This document shows positions 50,370 to 57,993 of a stretch of 57,993 nucleotides of DNA, piece after piece (position 1 is the stretch's first letter; each line of letters begins with the position of its first letter). Below the pieces are notes generated by a model, which was given only the letters and a program-made list of their open reading frames with translations, was not told the DNA's origin and did not search any database. The translations under genes and the position numbers were made by a program. Source of the DNA: Chrysochromulina tobinii (taxonomy: Eukaryota); the NCBI GenBank assembly GCA_001275005.1, contig JWZX01003334.1, positions 1-57,993 on the forward strand. The letters are read 5' to 3'.

Positions 50370-52667
50370 TCAGACGACCTCCGTCTCAACGGGCGTGTCG
50401 CCGTCCTCATCGGGCGCTTCCACCTCGAGGCCCGTGGCGGTCGCCTCGGCCTCAGCCGCTGCCGCCTCCTCTGCCGCCTCGAGCGTGGCTAGCGCCGCCT
50501 CGCCGCCCTCCATGAGCGCGACCACGCGCCTGGCGAACGCGCCAGGGTTGGTGAGCTCGTACCCCGACGCGACCGCGGCCACGTCATACAGCAGCTCAGC
50601 GAATCCCTTGGCCGCGCCGTCGGCCTTGCCGTCGCCACCCTTGCCGACCATCGCCTGCAGGCGCGCGACGACGGCGTGCTTGGGGTTGATCTCGAGGTTG
50701 GCGGCCATCCCAGCCATCATCGCATCTTCGGTGCCCTGGGCGGCCGCTTGCGCCCGCATGAAGCGCTGCATCTGAGGCGACATGCCCCACTGCGGCTGCA
50801 CGAGCGCCGACGGCGACGCCTCGAGGCGTGACGAAACCTCTACCTTGTCGACGCGGTCGCCGAGGACGCCCTTGAGAAAGTCGGTGACCGGCTTGAGGCT
50901 CTCCTTGGCCTGCTTGGCCTCTGCCTTCTCCTCCTCTGACACCTCGCCCAGGTCCACATTCTCCTTGGCCGCATCGATCACGTCGTACTCCTTGTCCTTG
51001 ACCTTGAACTTGCCCACGCCCTGCAGCGCAATCTCGTCGATCTGGTCGAGCGCGAAGAGCACCTCGAACCCCTTCTTCTTTAGGCGCTCGAGCACGGGCG
51101 ACGAGGAGGCGGCCGCCTTGGACGCACCCGACAGGTAGTAGATCTGCGTCTGCGCCTCGGGCATGCGCGACACATAGTCAGGCAGCGAGGTGACCTTATC
51201 GCCGAGCGTCGACGAGAACGTGACGAGATCGAGCAGCTTCTCCTTGTTCTCGGTGTCCTCGATGACGCCCACCTTCAGGTAGCGCCCAAAGTTGGATTGG
51301 AACTTGACCCATTTGGCCTCGTCCTTGGCGAGGTCCTTGAACATGTCCATCGCCTTGCGCACGAGCCGCTTCGAGATGATCGAGAGCGTGCGCGACTTTT
51401 GGAGCAGCTCACGAGACACGTTTAGAGGGAGGTCCTCGGAGTCCACCATCCCCTTGAGGAATGACAGCCAGCGCGGCAGCAGCTCGGACTCGAAATTATC
51501 CGAGATGAAGACGCGCTTCACAAAGAGCTTCATCGGCTTGTTCTTGTCCGAGAACATGTCCTGAGACAGCTCCCACGGAACCGACGACGGGCAGAAGAGC
51601 ATCGCCTTGAATTCTACCTGGCCCTCGAGCGAGAAGTGGGCCTGCGCCGCCGGCGTGTCGTACGCCTTGAAGGTGGTCTTGTAGAACTCGGCGTACTCGG
51701 CGTCGGTCACATCCTTCGGGTCGCGCATCCACAGCGGCTTCGCAAGGTTGACCGTCTCCCACACGTTGGTCGTGCGCGGCACGGTCTTGGTGGGCGGCGT
51801 CTCACCCTCCTTGACCTCCGCGTCTGGATCCGGCACTGTGTCGTACTCCGTCTTCTCGGCCCACATCTCGATGGGGAAGGAGATGAACTCCGAGTACCGC
51901 TTGAGCATCGAGCGCAGTGTGTAGTCGTCCAGATACTTATCCGCATCCTCCTTGAGTGAGAGGATGAGCCGCGTGCCGGAGCCCTCGATCGGCGCGCTGT
52001 CGTCTGGCGAGATCGTGTACTTGTTGGCTGACTCGCTCTCCCATCGGAGCTGCGGCTCGCCCTCGGCGCGCGTGACGACCGTCACCCGGTCCGCCACGAG
52101 AAACGCCGAGTAGAAGCCCACGCCGAACTTGCCGATCAGATTGCTCGCGTCCTTGCTCTGCCCGAGCGCCTCGGTGAACTTCTTCGTGCCGCTCATACCA
52201 ATCTGGCCGAGGTTGGTCTGCAGCTCCTTGCGCGTCATGCCCACGCCGTTGTCCTCGATTGTGAGCGTGTTCGATTTCTTGTCGCCGATGATGCGGATGC
52301 GCCCGCTGAAACCGCCCGAAGCTTCGTCGGTCAGCTTGATGAACCGCTTCTTGTCGCACGCGTCCGACGCATTGCTGACGAGCTCGCGCAGGAAGATGTC
52401 CTTGTCCGAGTACAAGCTATTGATGATGATATCCATCACTTTGCTCACCTCAGCCTCGAACTCGTACTCAGTTTTCTCGGCCGTTGGCGCCTCAGCCTGC
52501 GCGAAGATGTCGCCTGACGTGCGCTTTGGCGATGCCGGCGTTGCGGTCGCTGCGCTGCTCGAGGCGGAGCGAGAGCCGCTGGCCGTAGGCGGCCGGGAGG
52601 ACGGCACGAAGCCGCTCACGGCAGCCGCGAGGCAGGCTGCAGACACCAGAAGCGAGAAGGTCCTCAT
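50370..52667 (-). CDS. HSP90: Plastid-targeted HSP90 (HSP90C-type)
   Basis: YSDKDIFLRELVSNASDA, IEDNGVGMT, FGVGFYS, DSEDLPLNVSRE, LEINPKH; signal peptide plus SG|FVP transit motif; ends ETEVV, with no MEEVD or xDEL. Confidence 0.95.
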   Translation of the reverse strand: MRTFSLLVSAACLAAAVSGFVPSSRPPTASGSRSASSSAATATPASPKRTSGDIFAQAEAPTAEKTEYEFEAEVSKVMDIIINSLYSDKDIFLRELVSNASDACDKKRFIKLTDEASGGFSGRIRIIGDKKSNTLTIEDNGVGMTRKELQTNLGQIGMSGTKKFTEALGQSKDASNLIGKFGVGFYSAFLVADRVTVVTRAEGEPQLRWESESANKYTISPDDSAPIEGSGTRLILSLKEDADKYLDDYTLRSMLKRYSEFISFPIEMWAEKTEYDTVPDPDAEVKEGETPPTKTVPRTTNVWETVNLAKPLWMRDPKDVTDAEYAEFYKTTFKAYDTPAAQAHFSLEGQVEFKAMLFCPSSVPWELSQDMFSDKNKPMKLFVKRVFISDNFESELLPRWLSFLKGMVDSEDLPLNVSRELLQKSRTLSIISKRLVRKAMDMFKDLAKDEAKWVKFQSNFGRYLKVGVIEDTENKEKLLDLVTFSSTLGDKVTSLPDYVSRMPEAQTQIYYLSGASKAAASSSPVLERLKKKGFEVLFALDQIDEIALQGVGKFKVKDKEYDVIDAAKENVDLGEVSEEEKAEAKQAKESLKPVTDFLKGVLGDRVDKVEVSSRLEASPSALVQPQWGMSPQMQRFMRAQAAAQGTEDAMMAGMAANLEINPKHAVVARLQAMVGKGGDGKADGAAKGFAELLYDVAAVASGYELTNPGAFARRVVALMEGGEAALATLEAAEEAAAAEAEATATGLEVEAPDEDGDTPVETEVV

Positions 52668-52958
52668 GATTGGACGATGTGTGAGGTCGTCGGCACGTGT
52701 CGGGATGATGAAAAGCTTCGAGAAAAGCGCCGTCTCGAGCGCGAGAGCAGAATTGTGCACGGGCTTCCGCCTCTCCTCCCCACATTTTGCATGCGCAATT
52801 GCGCATCGATTGTACGTTTCTTCGTGTGGCTCCAATTTCCGCGACCGCGGCTCCTGCTCCTGCGTTGAACGCTGGAGCGGCCCTCACGAGCGACTCGAGC
52901 ACTACAGGGATATCGAGCACGCAAACTAATCAACGGCTTTCCAGTTGGTTCGCCTTCC

Positions 52959-54323
52959 ATGTCAGGTTGTCTAGTCCGCTCACCTGTCGAGCTGCGACGC
53001 TTTGTCGTCCAGCAGGAGTTGAAGCAGCTCGTGCAAGATCAACAAGTTTTAGCACAACCTTCCCCGCCCTCGTCGCCCTTCCACGCACTTCGCAACGGCA
53101 CTGCAGGCTCGCCGGCAAGTGCGTCGACCCGGTCTGCATCTGCATCTGAACAGAGCACGGCGCGGGCGCGCAGCCCCTTTGCACACTCGCCCAAAGGATC
53201 AGCACGAGGAATATCTAGTGCGCGATCAAGTGCGCGTGCCAAACTGAAGGAGCCACGTGCGCTCAACTCGAGTACCATGTGCATCTCCGACTCAAGTACC
53301 TCCGCGTCCCGCGGCGTACAACCCGAGGATCCTGTCCGGCCTTCACCCGTGCCGCGCTCGTTAGTCGCTCGCTACGACGCCTCTCTGGGCAATTATCGCA
53401 AAGCGGAGGCCATGCGCAAAGAGCGCAGCGAGAGGCGGGCAGTGCGTGCGACTCAAGCGACGCTGCAGCGCGAGCATGTCCAGAGCACGGTACGAAGTCA
53501 TCGGCAGCTGGAAGACAACATTTCCATGGCGAGACAGGAAGTGCAGCAGCGGAACGCGGCGCAGGCAGAAGCTCAGCGACAGCAGGAAGCGCTCTGGAAG
53601 AAGGCGCGTGCACAGGAGGACCGAGCGCTGCTTGCCGACGTCAAAGAGCGTGTGGGGCACTCACGCTCACTCGAGGCGAAGCTGCTCGAGCACGGGCGCA
53701 GCATCTCGACGGTCGGTCAGACGGTGGGAGGGCCTACAGGAGGCATAGGAGGATCCTCTGCTGCCTCTTTGTTGTCCATCGACCTCAGGAGTCATGATCA
53801 CGGCAAAGGTCGTAGCCGAGAGGAGGCACTTCCAGGCAATCGCGAGCATGAACGTCGCAAGATGCAGCAGCAGGCGCTCAATCGAGAGCGTGCCGCAACG
53901 CAGCGCGCGCAGAGCAGCTCGCGCTGTCAGGCGGCGCTGAGCGCAGTCGAGGGGTTGAAGCGAGCTTCCGCGGAGGGCGGCCGGCAAGATGCCGCGTGCC
54001 GACAGCGAACCTTGCAACATCTCGAACTCCAGAGACTGCAGCGCGCGCAAGAGGGCCGTGAGGCGCGCCATGCCCACCGTGCCGAGGCGCAGCGCGAGCT
54101 GCGGGAGCGCTGCCGCCGGCGGCGGTTGAAGGCGCTCGAGGAGGAGAAGGCCGCAGACGCTGCCATCGCCCAGGCGCGTCACGAGGCGTGGGTATCGAAG
54201 CGAGGGCTGCGGAATCGAGTCTTTGCCGAACGGTACGCAAGCGCAAGCGCGGCGGGGGCCTTTGTAGAGGGCTCTCCATTTTTGGATCTGTACCTTATGG
54301 ATGAGGTCACCCATCCCAAGTAG
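52959..54323 (+). CDS. Hypothetical coiled-coil protein
   Basis: 454-aa ATG ORF; Ser-rich N-terminus; two R/E/Q/A-rich helical blocks. Confidence 0.7.
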   Translation: MSGCLVRSPVELRRFVVQQELKQLVQDQQVLAQPSPPSSPFHALRNGTAGSPASASTRSASASEQSTARARSPFAHSPKGSARGISSARSSARAKLKEPRALNSSTMCISDSSTSASRGVQPEDPVRPSPVPRSLVARYDASLGNYRKAEAMRKERSERRAVRATQATLQREHVQSTVRSHRQLEDNISMARQEVQQRNAAQAEAQRQQEALWKKARAQEDRALLADVKERVGHSRSLEAKLLEHGRSISTVGQTVGGPTGGIGGSSAASLLSIDLRSHDHGKGRSREEALPGNREHERRKMQQQALNRERAATQRAQSSSRCQAALSAVEGLKRASAEGGRQDAACRQRTLQHLELQRLQRAQEGREARHAHRAEAQRELRERCRRRRLKALEEEKAADAAIAQARHEAWVSKRGLRNRVFAERYASASAAGAFVEGSPFLDLYLMDEVTHPK

Positions 54324-54412
54324 ATTTTTGCTCAACAGATTTTCTTCGAAGTAAAGCGTCATTTGAATTCCAAACTGGTGGTTTTACTCACATGATGGAT
54401 GGTCCGGACCGG

Positions 54413-55126
54413 TCACATAAACAGAGAGACATTGCGTTTGCAGGCTGGGCAAGCTATTCTAATGAATTCACCATTCGCACGCTTGAGCTGCTGCGCCATG
54501 TTGCAGCCATGGCACTGGCGCGTGACCGACTTGGGCGTGTGCATGGCGGCCATCGCCTCGGCCTCCCGGCTGCGGCCTGCCGTGATCATCAACTTGTCAC
54601 GCTCCACTTGGTCCAACAGCATCTGCGAGCGACTGCGAGCACATGGTGATACAAGTGAGTGTGGCACTCAAATCAGGGGCTGGTTCGCACGCTTGCATCG
54701 CGCGCACAGTTGCGTGTTCTCGCTGACCAGGTGGAGCTTGCGGTTCCCGACGTGGTTTGGATCCTCGCAGCACATCGCATCGCCGCCACGGCCGTCCAGT
54801 GCCCAGAACAACTTGACGATTGCCTCCAGGTCGAGGGGCTCGTGGCCGAACTGGTGCGTGGCGAGCTTCGAGGCGTTGTCATTATGTTTGATACTTCTGG
54901 TCAACATCGACACTCTGCTTGCCGCCAGGTTCACGACACCGTTGCCACCCTTCCAGCTGCGGTCTTCTGGTCCTATCAACTCGTGGATCTTCCATGGGTT
55001 GCCAAGGGGCCCATGCGTCGTCGCGTCCTTCTTGGAGATGCCCTTGCGGATGGTGCCCTTGCGTGGCTTCGGCAACTTCAGCGACTTGGCGAGGTCCGCG
55101 ATCTTCTTTCCGAAAGCTCGTGGCAT
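54413..55126 (-). CDS. Hypothetical basic protein with Cys pairs (possible Zn ribbon), probably two exons
   Basis: ORF 55126-54668 followed in the same frame by 54667-54413; CARC, CHGC, CPAC; acceptor-like TCGCTCGCAG|ATG near 54623. Confidence 0.45.
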
Positions 55127-55333
55127 GTGCGAGCAGGAATCCAGAGGCCTTTTCGGGAGGTGGAGCTTTATTTGGTTATCGGATTCGGGTTGACTGATGA
55201 CTGCTAGATCTCCCTTTTTACAGTCGCAGGATCCGAAGGATTTTCCAACGCTGAGGGGGCTTTTTTTGAGGTGGAGGGTGTCAGATCAAAGGGATTCATC
55301 TCATGTTACCAAATTTAGGTCGCTTTCGCTTTC

Positions 55334-56695
55334 ATGCTCCACTCAGGGCACGGCGGACCCAAGGGTGAGGAGGAGGAGCGGCGCCTGTATGGCCTCGCGG
55401 CCGCGCAGGGGAACGCTCAAGCGGCGAACTGCCTCGCTGGTATGCTCGTCCAAGGGCGTGGCGGCCCCCCGGACGAGGTGGAGGCGCGGCGGCTGCTTGG
55501 CCTCGCAGCCGCGCAGGGAGATGCTGACGCACAGAGCATCCTCGGTGGGTTGCTCTACTCAGGGCGTGGCGGACCCAAGGACGAGGTGGAGGCGCGGCGG
55601 CTGCTTTGCCTCGCGGCCGCGCAGGGGCACGCTGACGCGATGTGCGATGCCGCTCTCATGCTCGACGAGGGGTGTGGCGGACCCAAGGACGAGGTGGACG
55701 CGCGGCGGCTGCTTGGCCTCGCGGCCGCGCAGGGGCACGCTGATGCACAGTGCCGCCTCGCTGACATGTTCTACGAAGGGCGTGGAGGACCCAAGGATGC
55801 GATGGAGGCGCGGCGGCTGCTTGGCCTCGCGGCCGCGCAGGGGCACGCTGATGCGCAGTGTAGTCTCGCTGGCATGCTCGACGATGGTCGCGGCGGACCA
55901 AAGGACGCGGTGGAGGCGAGGCGGCTGTTTGGCCTCGCGGCCGCGCAGGGGCACGCTCAAGCGCAGTTCGCCCTCGGGGTCGTGCTCTACGAAGGGCGTG
56001 GCGGACCCAAGAACGAGGTGGCGGCGCGGCTGCAACTAGGCCTTGCGATTTTGCAAGGTGTTGATTACGCACAGAGCTACATGGCTCGATTGAACAACGT
56101 TGCCGACGGCAGACCATCGCTCGAGGCCGAGGCGCAGCAGCCGCGAGCGACCACAGCGCGCAAAGGTGCATCCGAGGACGCTACGGCTCAGGTCGAGGAC
56201 GCTGCTTCGCTGGCGGCCGCGGCAGCGCGCGCGGATGCGGCCATGGCAGCGCTGCTGGCTGAAGAGGAGAGCAAAGCTGAAAAGGCGCGGCGCAAGAAGG
56301 GCAAGGCCAAGGCGGAGAAGAAGGCGAGGGCCGCGGCACGAGCGGAGGCGGAGGCCAAGGCCGCCCATGCAGAGGCAGAAGAGCACGCTCGCAATCAGGC
56401 GGGGCAAGAGGCTACGGCGTCAGCAGCAAAGGCGCACGCTGCAAAGGAGGCCGCATCAGTGGAGGAGCCGCCCGACCACTTCATCTGCCCCATCACGCAC
56501 AGCCTCATGATCGACCCGGTCTCCGCTGCGGACGGCCACATGTACGAGCGGCGTGCGATCGTGGACTGGCTCGTCGGCCACTCGACCAGCCCGATGACGG
56601 GCGCCGAGCTCAAGGTCACGACGCTCTTCCCCAATCACACCGTGCGAGGCTTCATCCGCACGTGGCAGGAGGCGCAGCGGTCGAGGGGCCAGTAG
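55334..56695 (+). CDS. Sel1-like repeat / U-box E3 ubiquitin ligase
   Basis: Seven 36-aa Sel1 units (GRGGPKDEVEARRLLGLAAAQGHADA), coiled coil, U-box PPDHFICPITHSLMIDPV..DGHMYER..SPMT..PN. May lack a 5' exon because it begins mid-repeat. Confidence 0.92.
   Translation: MLHSGHGGPKGEEEERRLYGLAAAQGNAQAANCLAGMLVQGRGGPPDEVEARRLLGLAAAQGDADAQSILGGLLYSGRGGPKDEVEARRLLCLAAAQGHADAMCDAALMLDEGCGGPKDEVDARRLLGLAAAQGHADAQCRLADMFYEGRGGPKDAMEARRLLGLAAAQGHADAQCSLAGMLDDGRGGPKDAVEARRLFGLAAAQGHAQAQFALGVVLYEGRGGPKNEVAARLQLGLAILQGVDYAQSYMARLNNVADGRPSLEAEAQQPRATTARKGASEDATAQVEDAASLAAAAARADAAMAALLAEEESKAEKARRKKGKAKAEKKARAAARAEAEAKAAHAEAEEHARNQAGQEATASAAKAHAAKEAASVEEPPDHFICPITHSLMIDPVSAADGHMYERRAIVDWLVGHSTSPMTGAELKVTTLFPNHTVRGFIRTWQEAQRSRGQ
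55346..56060 (+). repeat. 108-bp coding tandem repeat x7
   Basis: Unit anchors at 55346, 55454, 55562, 55670, 55778, 55886, 55994 (exact 108-bp period). Confidence 0.95.
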
Positions 56696-57541
56696 AGGAA
56701 GAGACAATTGCTCCGCCTTGAGAGTGTAGTAGCGTCGGAGAGTGCGGTGAGCAACGCAGTGCCAGAAGCTGGGCTTTCACTGCCAGAGGCGTGGAGAGCA
56801 CCATAGCGGCGCCTTGCACAGGCAGGCAGGCAGTGGCAGGGCGCCAGCGCGCACCAGCGCAGAGAGGCTCATAGGGAGACGCGCAAAGACGTGACGCGAC
56901 GGCAAAGATTGCCGGTTGGGCTGCGTTGCACGATTGCGGATTTGTCGCGAGGGGGGTATCCTCAGGCATACAAAGCGTGGCCGGGAGCGCGGAGCCCGCG
57001 CGGGACGTGTGGTAACCGAAGACTGGGGTTGATGAATAAAGTCATCAGTCAAAATACTCAGTGAAGGACTTATGGGGACCGGAGGACCATTAAGGACCAT
57101 ATTTGACCCCGTCCTAAGAGGGCAGACCACCGCTATGGAGGACGTCTGAGTTGCAATCTCGGCGATTTAGATCCTTCGCGCGCGCCGGCTTAAAAGTCTT
57201 GAAGAGGGGTAAAAAGTCGACAGACCCGCGCAACACTACTTGTGGCTAACTCGCGGCGCTTCGCACACGAGACCACCCCGAAGGGCACGTTCCACGGAAG
57301 ATCCCACAGGGAAAGGAGACACGCGCGCGTTGTACAACGCGACACATCACAGATGAAACGACAAGCGGAACGGCGGGGGGGGGATAGAGAAACGGTAAAA
57401 TAACGACTGATTGGCTGTCTGGGTGGACTGTCGGCTCAGTCACTGTCGACCTGCTCGACACTGTGAGTCAGTCCCGAGAAGACCACCCTTTAAATCACAG
57501 CGACCGACTTAGGTCATCGCCCACCTCCTACAACAGGTTTA

Positions 57542-57751
57542 CAGTCTTCCCCCCCCCATTAAGAAAACCCCGCATTAAGAAACTACGGAAAGCAAAAGTG
57601 CCCTGGGGCTCTAAGAAAACAGCCCATGGCTAGAGGTTAGGGCCCGCTGGTCACCCTCTCTACATGTCCGCGAGCCCATGGTGCGCCAAAGGCGCTAAGA
57701 AACTACGGCAAGCCTAAAATCCCTGTTTTCTTTTATGGAGGGGGAAGACTG
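57542..57751. mobile_element. Putative MITE (Tc1/mariner-pogo-like ends)
   Basis: Imperfect 27-bp TIRs: CAGTCTTCCCCCCCCCATTAAGAAAAC and the reverse complement of the right end, CAGTCTTCCCCCTCCATAAAAGAAAAC; TA on the left flank; internal repeats TAAGAAACTACGG x2 and AGCCCATGG x2; no ORF. Confidence 0.7.
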
Positions 57752-57993
57752 ATGTATAAGTTTATGGCATACATGTATCCAAAAACGTCACCCCCTTCGC
57801 GACGAAACATCGACCGACGAAACGACCCCCAACTAACCCGACCGACCTCGGCCGCATCTCGGACGAAACCGCGTGCTTGCATATGGACCAGTATGTTTCC
57901 CGCATTCTGGAGTGTCAGGTGCGTCTGCCAGTGTCAGACTTATGATTCAGCGTCACAGTGCGCGACGGGCTTCGTCAAAGATTCGTCAGGGGT

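Noticed and set aside
52668..52835. N-terminal extensions from TTG/GTG starts in the ORF track (HSP90 and others)
   Set aside because: Eukaryotic genes; the downstream ATGs give coherent signal, myristoylation or transit peptides.
54668..54670. Selenocysteine or readthrough TGA
   Set aside because: No redox-motif context and no SECIS recognised; an intron or pseudogenisation is simpler.
55346..56060. CRISPR-like array (constant repeat plus variable spacer)
   Set aside because: The units are in-frame 36-codon Sel1 repeats, the variable parts are homologous to each other, there are no cas genes, and the context is eukaryotic.
57637..57642. Telomeric TTAGGG
   Set aside because: Single copy only.

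Overview
GC-rich, gene-dense eukaryotic nuclear DNA, not prokaryotic. It holds about 27 protein-coding loci, short spliceosomal introns (mostly GTGCG...CAG) and a plastid-type HSP90 with a bipartite signal/transit peptide. These traits point to a secondary-plastid alga, most likely a haptophyte such as Chrysochromulina (inference). Recognisable housekeeping genes: dynein light chain LC8, plastid HSP90, cyclophilin, Sec14/CRAL-TRIO, XLF/NHEJ1-like, GPR180/TMEM145, DOT1-like and FkbM methyltransferases, DENND6, F-box/LRR, SDR and EF-hand proteins. Most unusual loci: (1) an NSF/Sec18-type AAA+ ATPase whose N-domain is replaced by a putative signal peptide, four IPT/TIG repeats and a split discoidin domain; (2) head-to-head with it, a membrane-anchored tandem XopQ/HopQ1-like nucleoside-hydrolase-fold protein; (3) a SLATT/DUF4231-like 2TM protein; (4) two introns that share a TGATGGCCTC..TGATTGC cassette and duplicate adjacent exon sequence, suggesting intron birth in progress; (5) a Sel1-U-box gene with exact 108-bp repeats that have a fixed scaffold and a hypervariable helix; (6) a catalytically dead archaemetzincin. 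Two candidate promoter motifs ((GACTT)n and TACCCGGTA) and a ~210-bp Tc1/mariner-like MITE are also visible. All family calls come from motif recognition by eye; no database searches were run.
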